A stretch of 64,000 nt of DNA from Roseococcus sp. (GTDB lineage Bacteria; Pseudomonadota; Alphaproteobacteria; Acetobacterales; Acetobacteraceae): NCBI GenBank assembly GCA_035998215.1, contig DASYHU010000025.1:134867-198866 (forward strand), read 5' to 3'. Both the position numbers and the translations under genes were made by a program. Below, piece after piece: positions 8,892 to 17,448 of this stretch (the first letter of the stretch is position 1; each line of letters starts with the position of its first letter). The notes beneath the pieces are model-generated. The model saw nothing but the letters and a program-made list of their open reading frames with translations, was not told the DNA's origin and ran no database searches.

Positions 8892-9607
8892 CGCGTCCAG
8901 CCGGGCACGAGGATCAGCGAAAAATACGGCGCAGGCGCTTCGTCGCGGTCCACGAGGCGCAGCACGCGCTGGGCGGGCGTGCCCACGCGCTCGGCATAGA
9001 AGGCCGCCTCCAGCCGCCCGGCGCGGGCGAGTGCGGCCCGCACGCGCGGCAGGTTGCGGCCGAGCTTCATGATGATGGCGGCCTCGGTTCCACGCAGGCG
9101 CTGCGTCAGCGCGTCCTCGTCCAGCGTGCCCTGCAGCACGGTCAGCACGTCATCGCCCTGCGCGATGGGCAGGCCGGCCAGCGCCCAGGCGCCGGACATC
9201 GCGGTGATGCCGGGCACCACCTCGGTTGGGAAGCGATGCGCGAGCCGCACATGGAGGTGCATGTAGGAACCGTAGAACAGCGCATCCCCCTCGCTCGCCA
9301 CCGCCACGTCGCGCCCGGCTTCGAGATGGGCCGCGATGTCGGCGGCGGCCGCGTCGTGGAAGGCGTCGAGTGCCGCGCGATACGCCGGATCGCCGCGCGG
9401 GATTTCCGTCGTCACCGGATAGAGCAAGGGCAGTTCCACCACCCCCGGCCGCAGCCGGTGCGCGATGATGGCGCGCGCGTTGCTCGGGCTGCCCTGCTTC
9501 GCGAAATAGGCCACGACCGGCACGGCATCGAGCAGCCGGGCGGCCTTCAGCGTCAGCAGTTCCGGATCGCCGGGGCCGAGGCCCAAGCCATAGAGACGCC
9601 CCGTCAC
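8888..9607 (-). CDS. cobI: Precorrin-2 C20-methyltransferase
   Basis: The CobI-like sequence starts at VTGRLYGLGLGPGDPELLTLKA (GTG at 9607, a GTGA overlap with the cobH stop). The upstream part of the 326-aa ORF is Arg/Gly-rich junk overlapping cobH. Confidence 0.85.
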   Translation of the reverse strand: MTGRLYGLGLGPGDPELLTLKAARLLDAVPVVAYFAKQGSPSNARAIIAHRLRPGVVELPLLYPVTTEIPRGDPAYRAALDAFHDAAAADIAAHLEAGRDVAVASEGDALFYGSYMHLHVRLAHRFPTEVVPGITAMSGAWALAGLPIAQGDDVLTVLQGTLDEDALTQRLRGTEAAIIMKLGRNLPRVRAALARAGRLEAAFYAERVGTPAQRVLRLVDRDEAPAPYFSLILVPGWTR

Positions 9608-10230
9608 AGCCCGGGCCTCGCCAGCGCGTTCAGCGCCGCCGCCGCCATGGCGCTGCCGCCCATGCGCCCGCGCACCACGGCCCAGGGGATGCCGTGCGGT
9701 GCCTGAATCAGCGCCTCCTTCGATTCGGCCGCGCCCACAAAGCCCACCGGCATGCCGATGATGGCGGCGGGGCGGGGCGCGCCGGCCTCGATCATGTCGA
9801 GCAGGTGGAACAGCGCGGTGGGCGCATTGCCGATGACGACGACGCTGCCCGCCAGATGCTCCTCCCACAGCGCCATGGCGGCGACCGAGCGCGTGTTCCC
9901 GATGCGCGCCGCCATCTCCGGCACGCGCGGGTCGCGCAGGGTGCAGATCACGGCGTTGTCGGCGGGCAGGCGCGCGCGGGTGACGCCGCGCGCCACCATC
10001 TCGGCGTCGCAGAGGATGGCGGCGCCGGCCTGGAGCGCGCCGCGTCCCGCCGCGACGAAGCCGGGGGCGAAGGCGAAGTGGGCCGCGGCCTCGACCAGCC
10101 CGCAGGCATGGATCATGCGGACCGCGATGTCCTCTTCCTCGGCCGTGAAGCGCACGAGATCCGCCTCGGCGCGGATGATGGCAAAGGAGCGTTCGTAGAT
10201 CGCCGCGCCATCGCGGATGTAGTCATGCAT
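9604..10230 (-). CDS. cobH: Precorrin-8X methylmutase
   Basis: MHDYIRDGAAIYERSFAIIRAEADL ... VVIGNAPTALFHLL ... is a typical CobH/CbiC sequence. ATG at 10230 was chosen over the longer ORF start at 10266. Confidence 0.9.
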   Translation of the reverse strand: MHDYIRDGAAIYERSFAIIRAEADLVRFTAEEEDIAVRMIHACGLVEAAAHFAFAPGFVAAGRGALQAGAAILCDAEMVARGVTRARLPADNAVICTLRDPRVPEMAARIGNTRSVAAMALWEEHLAGSVVVIGNAPTALFHLLDMIEAGAPRPAAIIGMPVGFVGAAESKEALIQAPHGIPWAVVRGRMGGSAMAAAALNALARPGL

Positions 10231-11311
10231 GGGCGGCAAACTCCCGCGCCAACAAGGCGCGCGCATCCTGGGGGTCGAGCATCTCGGTCACTGTGTCGCC
10301 CGCCCGCCCGCGCCGGATCAAGCCCAGGCCCCGCGGCGTGCCGACCAGCGTGCGGGTGGCGGCGCGGGGATGGGCGCAGCCCTTGGCGCAGCCCGAGACG
10401 TGCAGCAGCGCGCCCCGTGGCACCAGCGGCGCCAACCTCGCGGCGAGCGCGCGGGTCTCCGTCAGCGCCGAGGCGCATGCGGGGGCGCCCGGGCAGGCGG
10501 CGACGCGGCGGCGCGGGTCGGCCGGGTCGGTGATGAAGCCCAGCGCGGCCGCGCGCTCGCGCAGCGCCTCCGGTTCTGCCGCGCCAATGGCCAGCAGGGC
10601 GCGGCCGGGCGCGCCACGCAGGGCACGGGCGCCGCTGGCTTCGGCAAGGGCAATGAGGGTCTCGGCGTCCACCCGTCCGAAGGGCAGGCCCAGGCCCAGC
10701 GCCACGCCGTCGCGCAGCTTGTGCAGGCCGATGGGCTCCGGGGTCCGCCCGGCCTCGGGCACCATCGGCTGGCGGGTGCCGTCACGCGCCATCACGCGCA
10801 GCAGGTCCAGCGCGGCGGTGAAGGCGGCGTCCTCCTCGCCCGCATCCCGCCACGCCCCGCCATACCCCAGCCGCCAGCCATCGGGCCGTGCGACGAGGTG
10901 CAGGTCCGCCGCCTCAGCCGCCAGGTGCAATGGCCCTCCGCCATCCACCAGCACCGTGGCCTTGGGCGGCAGGCCTGGCGGCGCGGCGGCGGCCAGGCGC
11001 CCGGCGAGCGGGCGGGGGTCGCGGATTTCGTCGGCCGCCTCCCCCGCCAGCGGCGAGGTCATCACCAGCGCGCCGCGCGGCCATTCCGCCGGCACGAGTT
11101 CCGCGGCCAGGTCCAGCGTCCCGGCGCTGAGCCCGCGCAGCTGCACGCTGCCGCGCGCCGTGATGTCGAGCAGCCCGTTGCCCGCCCGCCGCGCCGCATG
11201 GGCCAGCGCCACCCAGGACGCGGGCGGCATGGCGGCGGGCGGCAGGCGGGCCAGCAGCCCATCGCCCGTCTCCATGGGGGCATCGAGGCTCGGGCAGGCG
11301 CCGCGACGCAT
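10223..11311 (-). CDS. cobG: Precorrin-3B synthase (O2-dependent, sulfite/nitrite-reductase-like)
   Basis: The last 362 codons of the 804-aa ORF read MRRGACPSLDAPMETGDGLLARL ... ACPGAPACASALTETR ... VSGCAKGCAHP. These are CobG-like Fe-S/sirohaem-type Cys motifs. The start overlaps the cobN stop (TGATG). Confidence 0.8.
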   Translation of the reverse strand: MRRGACPSLDAPMETGDGLLARLPPAAMPPASWVALAHAARRAGNGLLDITARGSVQLRGLSAGTLDLAAELVPAEWPRGALVMTSPLAGEAADEIRDPRPLAGRLAAAAPPGLPPKATVLVDGGGPLHLAAEAADLHLVARPDGWRLGYGGAWRDAGEEDAAFTAALDLLRVMARDGTRQPMVPEAGRTPEPIGLHKLRDGVALGLGLPFGRVDAETLIALAEASGARALRGAPGRALLAIGAAEPEALRERAAALGFITDPADPRRRVAACPGAPACASALTETRALAARLAPLVPRGALLHVSGCAKGCAHPRAATRTLVGTPRGLGLIRRGRAGDTVTEMLDPQDARALLAREFAAHA

Positions 11312-14300
11312 CAGCCGGGCTCCATCAGCAGGGCCAGCTCGGCGGGCGTCGCGTTGCGGCGCGGGTGCCAGAGGCCGCGCCGCAGCGCATCGCCCAGGCG
11401 CAGCGCGATGGCGCGCGCGGCGGCGGGGTTCTCGCGGCGCAGGAAGTCGCGCACCGCCGCGTCCCGCACATAGGCCGCGTGGATGCGGTCCAGCAGGGCG
11501 CTGTCCACCGCCTGGGTGGTCTCGGCGAAGGCCACCAGGCGGTCCACCGTCTCGGCCAGTTCGGAGGCGCCGCGGGGTCCGTGCCGCATCTGGCCGGCGA
11601 GGAAGCGCGGATCCACCGCGCGGCCCATCACGAGCCGGCGCAGCGCCGCCTCCAGGGTGCGGGCGCGCGGGCGGGCGGGGTCGGTGGTGTCGAGGGTGAT
11701 CAACGCGGGCGCAACCCCCAGCGCCGCCGCCGCTGCTGCGAAGCCGCCAAGGTGCGCGACATCGGCACCGCCCTGCAACAGATCGCGCGCGGGGTCGTCG
11801 CCCGGGTGCAGCAGCGCATCGGCCTGGGCCACGCGGGTGGCGAAGCCCGCATCGGGCGCGGCCTCGCCGCCCGGCCCGCCATAGCTGTGCGAGGCGGCGG
11901 CGAGATAGGCGCGGCCCAGCTCCTCGCGCGCGGTCCAGTCGCCGGAAGAAAGCGCGTCCTCCAAGCCAGCTCCATAGGCGCCGGGGGCCGCGCCGAAAAT
12001 ACGCGCGAGCGGCTCGCCCGCGCGGCGCGCGGCGGCGAGGGGATTTTCCTCGCCGCTCTCGTCGCGCGCGGCAACCGCCCGCACGGCGGCGTCCAGCAGC
12101 GCGATCTGCGCCGGGAACAGATCTCGGAACAGGCCGGAGATGCGCCAGGTCACGTCCACGCGGGCGCGGCCCAGCACGGCGGGCGGCTGCACCTCGATGC
12201 CGGTGACGCGGCCCGTCGCCGCTTCCCAGACGGGCGTGCAGCCCAGCAGGGCGAGGCCCTGCGCGATCTCCTCGCCGCCGGTGCGCAGGGTGGCGCTGCC
12301 CCAGAGGTCCAGCACCAGGCGGCGCGGCATCTCGCCATGCTCCTGCGCGTAGAGTCGCAGCGCCTCGGCCGCCGCCAGCCGACCGAGTTCCATGGCGGTC
12401 GGCGTGGGCAGGCCGCGCGGATCGGTGGTGGCGAGGTTGCGGCCCGTGGGCATCACGTCGCGCCGGCCGCGGGCGGGGGCGCCGGCGGGGCCGGGCGGAA
12501 TATGGCGGGCGTCGAGGGCGGCGAGCAACCCGGCGCGTTCGGCTTCCGCGCAGGCCTGTTGCTCGGGGCCGGCGCCGGGAGCGGCGCGGCCATAGATGTG
12601 CAGCCCGTCCTGGAGGGCCAGTTCCTTCACGTCGCACATCCAGGCATCCAGCGCGCGCAGGCGTTCGCCCGCATCCTCCGGCAGCGCGGGCAGGCTGGGC
12701 ACCGAGGCGGCGCGCGCCTGGATGAGCTGCGCCAGGCGTTCGCGGCGGCGGCGGTCCATGCCATCGGCGGCGGCGAATTCATCGAGCAGGCGGTCGAGGT
12801 CCTGCAGTTCGGGCGCCAGGGCGGGCGTGGCGAGGGGGGGCGGCAAATGCCCCAGCGTGACGGCGGCGATGCGGCGCTTGGCCTGCGCCGCCTCGCCCGG
12901 ATTGCTGACGAGGAAGGGGTAGACCACGGGCAGCGCGCCCAGCACGCGCTCGGGGAAGCACTCGGCCGTCAGCGCCACCGCCTTGCCCGGCAGCCATTCC
13001 AACGTGCCATGGGCGCCCATGTGGACCACGGCATGCACATCGCGCGCGCGGCGCAGCCATAGCCCGAAGGCGCGCAGCGCGTGGCGCGGCGGCAGTGCGG
13101 GGTCATGGTAGGTGGCGCGGCGGTCGCTGGCACGCCCGCGATCCGGCGCCACGGCCAGCAGGATGTTGCCGCAGGCCAAGGCGCGGAAGCGGAAGGCGCC
13201 GTCCGCTGCGTCGGGGTCGTTCTCGGGCGCCCCCCAGGCCGCGTCGGGCGGCGCGGCGTAGTTCGCCAGGCACCAGGTGGCGGACGGCTCGGCCAGGGCA
13301 TCGAGCAGGGCGCGGGGCGAGGCGGGCGGCGTACCCGTGTCGTAGCCGGCGGCCCGCAAATCCTCCAGCAGCGCCAGCACGCTGGCCGGCACGTCGAGAC
13401 CCACGGCATAGCCCGTGCGCCCGCCCGCCCCCGGATAATCCGGCAGGAGCACCGCGAGGCGCCGCTGGCCGGGCGGCGTGGCGCGCAGCCGCAGCAGGGC
13501 CAGGATGCGCCCGGCCAGTTGCGCCACGCGGTCAGGCTCGGCGCGATTCACCTGGCGGGTGAAGCCCAGTTCCGGTGCGGTGGGTGCCATGTCCTTGAAG
13601 CCGATGACGCCGCCCAGCACGCGCCCGTCCAGCTCCGGCAGAACGACATGCATGGCGAGGTCGGCGGCCCCCAGCCCACGCGCGCCCTCTTCCCAGGCCA
13701 CGCGCGCGGTGGTGGCGATGACGGCCTGCACCACCGGCACGCCGCAGGCCGCCAGCACCGGCTGCGCCTGCCCTTCGGCGAAGGCGGTGCAGGAGACGAT
13801 CAGCGCGGGGTTCAGGCGCGGAAATTCCTCCCGCAGGAAGGCCACCGAATGCGGCTCTTTCAGGCTCGCCACGAAGATCGGCACCGGCGCCACGCCCTGC
13901 GCCGCAAGCGCTTCGGCCAGGGCGGTGACGGGTGCCATGTCCTCCGCCAGCCGCATGGAGCGGTAGAAGATGATGGGCACCACCGGACGCGTGCCGTCGG
14001 GCCGTGGCCATTCCGCGCAGAAGCCGGCGGGCGGGAGGGCCTCGGCCGGCGCGGCCTCCAGCGCCACCCCGCAATGCGCCGCCATGCGCCGCAGCACGCC
14101 GCGCAGCGCGACCACGCCGCCGGCGCGGAACCCTTCCAGCAGCGCGGCGCATTCCTCCGCCGGCAGGGTGGAGAGGGCGGGCAGGCGCGGATCGGCGCGG
14201 TCCTCGCCCGGCAGCACGGCCAGCGCGATGCCCCGCGCGCGGCAGAAGGCGGCCAGTTGCTCGGCGCCATAGCGCCACCAGTCCAAGCCCCCCAGCAGCC

Positions 14301-14553
14301 GCAGCACGATGACGCGCGCGCCGATGGCCGTGCGGTCCAGCCAGAGGTCCACCGACATGGGGTGGCGCAACTCCCGCAGCGGCACCAGTCGCAGCGCGGG
14401 CAGCACGTCCCGCTCCGCCTCCCAGGCGGCGGCGAGGCCCGCCAGGTCGCTGTCGGTGAAGCTGAGCACCGCCATGGGCGCGGGCGGCTGGCGGAGATCC
14501 ACGGGCTCCGTCTGCTCGTCCAGCGTCGCGGTGGAGGTGTTCAGCAGGTGCAT
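11311..14553 (-). CDS. cobN: Cobaltochelatase large subunit
   Basis: 1080 codons from MHLLNTSTATLDEQTEPVDL (ATG at 14553). The size and sequence are typical of CobN and related to the CobN/Mg-chelatase H family. The ORF portion upstream of 14553 overlaps cobW and is not protein-like. Confidence 0.9.
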   Translation of the reverse strand: MHLLNTSTATLDEQTEPVDLRQPPAPMAVLSFTDSDLAGLAAAWEAERDVLPALRLVPLRELRHPMSVDLWLDRTAIGARVIVLRLLGGLDWWRYGAEQLAAFCRARGIALAVLPGEDRADPRLPALSTLPAEECAALLEGFRAGGVVALRGVLRRMAAHCGVALEAAPAEALPPAGFCAEWPRPDGTRPVVPIIFYRSMRLAEDMAPVTALAEALAAQGVAPVPIFVASLKEPHSVAFLREEFPRLNPALIVSCTAFAEGQAQPVLAACGVPVVQAVIATTARVAWEEGARGLGAADLAMHVVLPELDGRVLGGVIGFKDMAPTAPELGFTRQVNRAEPDRVAQLAGRILALLRLRATPPGQRRLAVLLPDYPGAGGRTGYAVGLDVPASVLALLEDLRAAGYDTGTPPASPRALLDALAEPSATWCLANYAAPPDAAWGAPENDPDAADGAFRFRALACGNILLAVAPDRGRASDRRATYHDPALPPRHALRAFGLWLRRARDVHAVVHMGAHGTLEWLPGKAVALTAECFPERVLGALPVVYPFLVSNPGEAAQAKRRIAAVTLGHLPPPLATPALAPELQDLDRLLDEFAAADGMDRRRRERLAQLIQARAASVPSLPALPEDAGERLRALDAWMCDVKELALQDGLHIYGRAAPGAGPEQQACAEAERAGLLAALDARHIPPGPAGAPARGRRDVMPTGRNLATTDPRGLPTPTAMELGRLAAAEALRLYAQEHGEMPRRLVLDLWGSATLRTGGEEIAQGLALLGCTPVWEAATGRVTGIEVQPPAVLGRARVDVTWRISGLFRDLFPAQIALLDAAVRAVAARDESGEENPLAAARRAGEPLARIFGAAPGAYGAGLEDALSSGDWTAREELGRAYLAAASHSYGGPGGEAAPDAGFATRVAQADALLHPGDDPARDLLQGGADVAHLGGFAAAAAALGVAPALITLDTTDPARPRARTLEAALRRLVMGRAVDPRFLAGQMRHGPRGASELAETVDRLVAFAETTQAVDSALLDRIHAAYVRDAAVRDFLRRENPAAARAIALRLGDALRRGLWHPRRNATPAELALLMEPG

Positions 14554-14557
14554 GGCA

Positions 14558-15601
14558 TCAGGGTGCCGCGAGCGCCTCGGCCACCGCCGCCGCGTCGAAG
14601 CCGTGCAGGCCGAGCACGACGAGTTGCCCCGCCCGCGCCTCGCCCGGCGCCCAGGCGCGGTCGAAATGATGGCCGACGCGCTGGCCCACGGCCTGCACCA
14701 GCAGCCGCATGGGCTTGCCGGCAACGGCCGCGAAGCCCTTGGCGCGCAGCACACCGGGCACGGCGCAGGCGGCGGCGACGCGCTGTGCGAGGGTGCTGGC
14801 ATCCGTCACTTCGGGCAGCGGCAGGACCACGGAATCGAAATCCTCGTGGTCGTGGTCCTCCTCATTGTCGTGATGGGTGCGGCGGGCCTCGATCTCGGCC
14901 TCGGTGGCGAGGCCCAGGCCCAGCAGCAGCGCGGGCGAGATGCGGCCCGACTGTGCCTCCAGCACGCCGATGGGGCGCGGGAGCGCGGCGACCAGCGCGG
15001 CGCGTGCGCGGGCCAGCCCGGCCTCGTCCAGCAGATCGGCCTTGGTCAGCACGATCAGGTCGGCGCAGGCCACCTGGTCCTCGAACACTTCCTCCACCGG
15101 GTCGTCATGGTCGAGCGAGGGGTCGGCGGCGCGTTGCGCCGCCAGCGCCGCCTCGTCATGCGCCACGCGGCCTTCGGCGAGTGCGGCGCCATCCACCACC
15201 GCCACCACGCCATCCACCGTCACGCGGCCCTTGATGGCGGGCCAGTGGAAGGCCTGCACCAGCGGCTTGGGGAGCGCCAGCCCGGACGTCTCGATCAGGA
15301 TGTGGTCCGGGCGGGGGGTTCGCGCCAGCAGGGCGTCCAGCGTGGGCACGAAGTCATCGGCCACGGTGCAGCAGATGCAGCCATTGGCGAGCTCCACGAT
15401 ATCGGCCTCCGCGCAGGCCTCCACGCCGCAGCCGCGCAGGATTTCGGCATCCATGCCGATGTCACCGAACTCGTTCACGATGACGGCGATGCGCCGCCCG
15501 CCCGGGTTTTCCAGCAGGTGCCGGATCAGCGTGGTCTTGCCCGCGCCGAGGAAGCCCGTGACGATCGTGCAGGGGGTCTTGTCCAGGCTCTGGCCGCTCA
15601 T
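14558..15601 (-). CDS. cobW: CobW, COG0523-family G3E GTPase metallochaperone
   Basis: MSGQSLDKTPCTIVTGFLGAGKTTLIRHLL ... GCICCTV ... THHDNEEDHDHEDFD (His/Asp-rich linker). Classic CobW features. ATGA overlap with the upstream gene. Confidence 0.9.
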   Translation of the reverse strand: MSGQSLDKTPCTIVTGFLGAGKTTLIRHLLENPGGRRIAVIVNEFGDIGMDAEILRGCGVEACAEADIVELANGCICCTVADDFVPTLDALLARTPRPDHILIETSGLALPKPLVQAFHWPAIKGRVTVDGVVAVVDGAALAEGRVAHDEAALAAQRAADPSLDHDDPVEEVFEDQVACADLIVLTKADLLDEAGLARARAALVAALPRPIGVLEAQSGRISPALLLGLGLATEAEIEARRTHHDNEEDHDHEDFDSVVLPLPEVTDASTLAQRVAAACAVPGVLRAKGFAAVAGKPMRLLVQAVGQRVGHHFDRAWAPGEARAGQLVVLGLHGFDAAAVAEALAAP

Positions 15602-16014
15602 GGGGCGCTCTCCGCGGGGGTGAAGTCGAAGGGGGGGATGCGCGCGATCATCTGGCGCTTCAGGATTTCGGGGCGGCCCTTCCAGGGCATGGTGCCGTCC
15701 TCGGAGGCGCCGAGCAGCGCGGCGCCGGCGTGCAGCGCCTCGGGCGAGTCCTGGTGTTCCAGCTTGCCGAAGATGTAGCTCCAGCCGCCAGGCCGGACGA
15801 GCGCCGCCGAAGGGCCACGCGAACAATTGGACAGGCAGTTCACGAACTGCACGCGGTGCGGGCCGGCGGCCGCCACGGCCTCGCCCAGCGCGGCGCCGGC
15901 GCGGGGGGCATCGGGCGCATCGCCCTCGCGCTTGCAGGTGGTGCAGACAAAGATCACGACATCGGAGGACACGCGCGGATGCTCCGGCCCCAACGACAGG
16001 GCAAAGGGGTGCAT
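15598..16014 (-). CDS. DUF1636-like predicted metal-binding (thioredoxin-like [2Fe-2S] fold) protein
   Basis: MHPFALSLGPEHPRVSSDVVIFVCTTCK ... FVNCLSNCSRGP ... These small Cys-motif proteins commonly open cobW-cobN operons (recollection). ATG at 16014 is preferred because the longer ORF start at 16095 would lie inside the riboswitch. Confidence 0.65.
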   Translation of the reverse strand: MHPFALSLGPEHPRVSSDVVIFVCTTCKREGDAPDAPRAGAALGEAVAAAGPHRVQFVNCLSNCSRGPSAALVRPGGWSYIFGKLEHQDSPEALHAGAALLGASEDGTMPWKGRPEILKRQMIARIPPFDFTPAESAP

Positions 16015-16089
16015 CCGGGGCGCGCGCGTCACCGCACGCCCCTGCCGGGACGGCCCTGCACCGAGGCACCCCGCCCGGCGCATTCTGTG

Positions 16090-16295
16090 TTCCAAGGCAG
16101 GTCTCCTGGCTCACGGATCACCGCGGGGCATCGTCTTCCCGGGGCCCATCTTCGCGATGGGTTGGCCCAGTGACATGTGATGCCCGCTCACCGTTCACAG
16201 TTGCGGGGGCAGCTCCGGCCTCGGGCCGCAGCCCGCTCCGGATTCCCTTTTCATCCCCGTCCCCGGGGAACCTTCGAACCGGCCTATCAAGCGGA
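16090..16295 (-). promoter_or_regulatory. Cobalamin (AdoCbl) riboswitch in the leader of the DUF1636-cobW-cobN-cobG-cobH-cobI-cobJ operon
   Basis: The minus strand reads ...GGUUCCCCGGGGACGGGGAUGAAAAGGGAAUCCGG...GCUGCCCCCGCAACUGUGAACGG...GUCACUGGGCC...CCGGGAAGAC...GAUCCGUGAGCCAGGAGACCUGCC. This carries the conserved AAxAGGGAA, CUGCCCCCGCAACUGU, B12-box-like (G/U)CACUGG...GGGAAG and GAGCCAGGAGACCUGCC blocks of the cobalamin riboswitch class (RF00174). The boundaries are approximate. Confidence 0.85.
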
Positions 16296-16342
16296 GTGAC
16301 GCGGGGCGTGTCAATCAGCCTTGCCTGGGGCATGATGGCCAC

Positions 16343-16846
16343 GTGAACAGCCTGACCTTGATCCTGGGGGGCGCGCGTTCGGGGAAGAGCCGCCGCGCGG
16401 AAGCCCTCATCGCCGCCCTGCCCTCGCCCTGGACCTATATCGCCACCGCCGAGGCCTTCGACGCCGAGATGGCGGCGCGAATCGCCGAGCACCGCGCCCG
16501 GCGCGCGGCGGGGTGGGAGACGCTGGACGCCCCGCGCGACCTGCCCGCCGCCCTGGCGCGCGCCCGCCCACCCGTGTTGGTGGATTGCCTGACGCTGTGG
16601 CTGTCCAACCTGATGCTGGCCGAGGCGGATATTGGCGCCGCGACGGAAGCGCTGGAGGCCGCGCTGCGCGCGCGCACCGGGCCGGTGGTGCTGGTCTCCA
16701 ACGAGGTGGGCCAGGGCATCGTGCCCGCGACGCCGCTCGGCCGGCGCTTCCGCGACGCCCAAGGGCTGCTGAACCAGCGCATGGCCGCCCTGGCGGACCA
16801 TGTGGAGCTGGTGGTGGCGGGAATTCCGCTCAGGGTGAAGCCATGA
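16343..16846 (+). CDS. cobU: Adenosylcobinamide kinase / adenosylcobinamide-phosphate guanylyltransferase (CobU; CobP in P. denitrificans naming)
   Basis: 167-aa ORF with a GTG start. LILGGARSGKSRRAE P-loop, then IATAEAFDAEMAARIAEHRARR ... VSNEVGQGIVP. Typical CobU. Confidence 0.9.
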   Translation: MNSLTLILGGARSGKSRRAEALIAALPSPWTYIATAEAFDAEMAARIAEHRARRAAGWETLDAPRDLPAALARARPPVLVDCLTLWLSNLMLAEADIGAATEALEAALRARTGPVVLVSNEVGQGIVPATPLGRRFRDAQGLLNQRMAALADHVELVVAGIPLRVKP

Positions 16847-17448
16847 GCGAGGAGGAAGCCCGCCACCGCGCCAAGATGGCCGCGCGCAAGGCCGTGCAGG
16901 ATGCCGAGGTGGCGTCCAAGACCATCACGGAAAAGGGCCTGCTGATCGTCCACACGGGGCCGGGCAAGGGCAAGTCCACCGCGGCTTTCGGCCTCGCGCT
17001 GCGGATGCTGGGCGCCGGCGGGCGCGTGGGCGTGGTGCAGTTCATCAAGGGCGCCTGGGAGACGGGCGAACGCGCGGCGCTGACGCAGTTCGGCGAGCGC
17101 GTGCGCTGGCACTCCATGGGCGAGGGCTTCACCTGGGAAACCCAGGACCGCGCCCGCGACGTGGCCGCCGCCACCCGCGCCTGGGAGATGGCGCGCGCCA
17201 TGCTGGCGGACCCCGCGCTGGACCTGGTGCTGCTGGACGAGTTGAACATCGCCCTGCGCTATGACTACCTGCCGCTGGAAGGCGTGCTGGCGGACCTCGC
17301 CGCGCGGCGGCCGCTGCTGCATGTGGTCGTCACTGGCCGCAACGCGAAGCCCGCGCTGATCGAGGCGGCCGACCTCGTCACCGAGATGGGCGCGGTGAAG
17401 CACCATTTCGCCGCGGGGGTGAAGGCGCAGAAGGGCATCGAGTTCTGA
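16843..17448 (+). CDS. cobO: Cob(I)yrinic acid a,c-diamide adenosyltransferase
   Basis: [12 protein letters not shown] ... [24 protein letters not shown] ... VQFIKG ... LDELN ... TGRNA. CobO/BtuR motifs. ATGA overlap with cobU. Confidence 0.9.
   Translation: MSEEEARHRAKMAARKAVQDAEVASKTITEKGLLIVHTGPGKGKSTAAFGLALRMLGAGGRVGVVQFIKGAWETGERAALTQFGERVRWHSMGEGFTWETQDRARDVAAATRAWEMARAMLADPALDLVLLDELNIALRYDYLPLEGVLADLAARRPLLHVVVTGRNAKPALIEAADLVTEMGAVKHHFAAGVKAQKGIEF

Noticed and set aside
14554-14802. N-terminal extensions of several ORFs beyond the chosen starts: cobN to 14802, cobG to 12637, cobI to 9868, cobD to 20151, cobW to 16114 and cobL to 7532.
   Set aside because: The extensions overlap the upstream gene and lack protein-like composition. 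Family-typical N-termini begin at the internal ATG or GTG codons, which also form 1- or 4-nt stop/start overlaps with the upstream gene.
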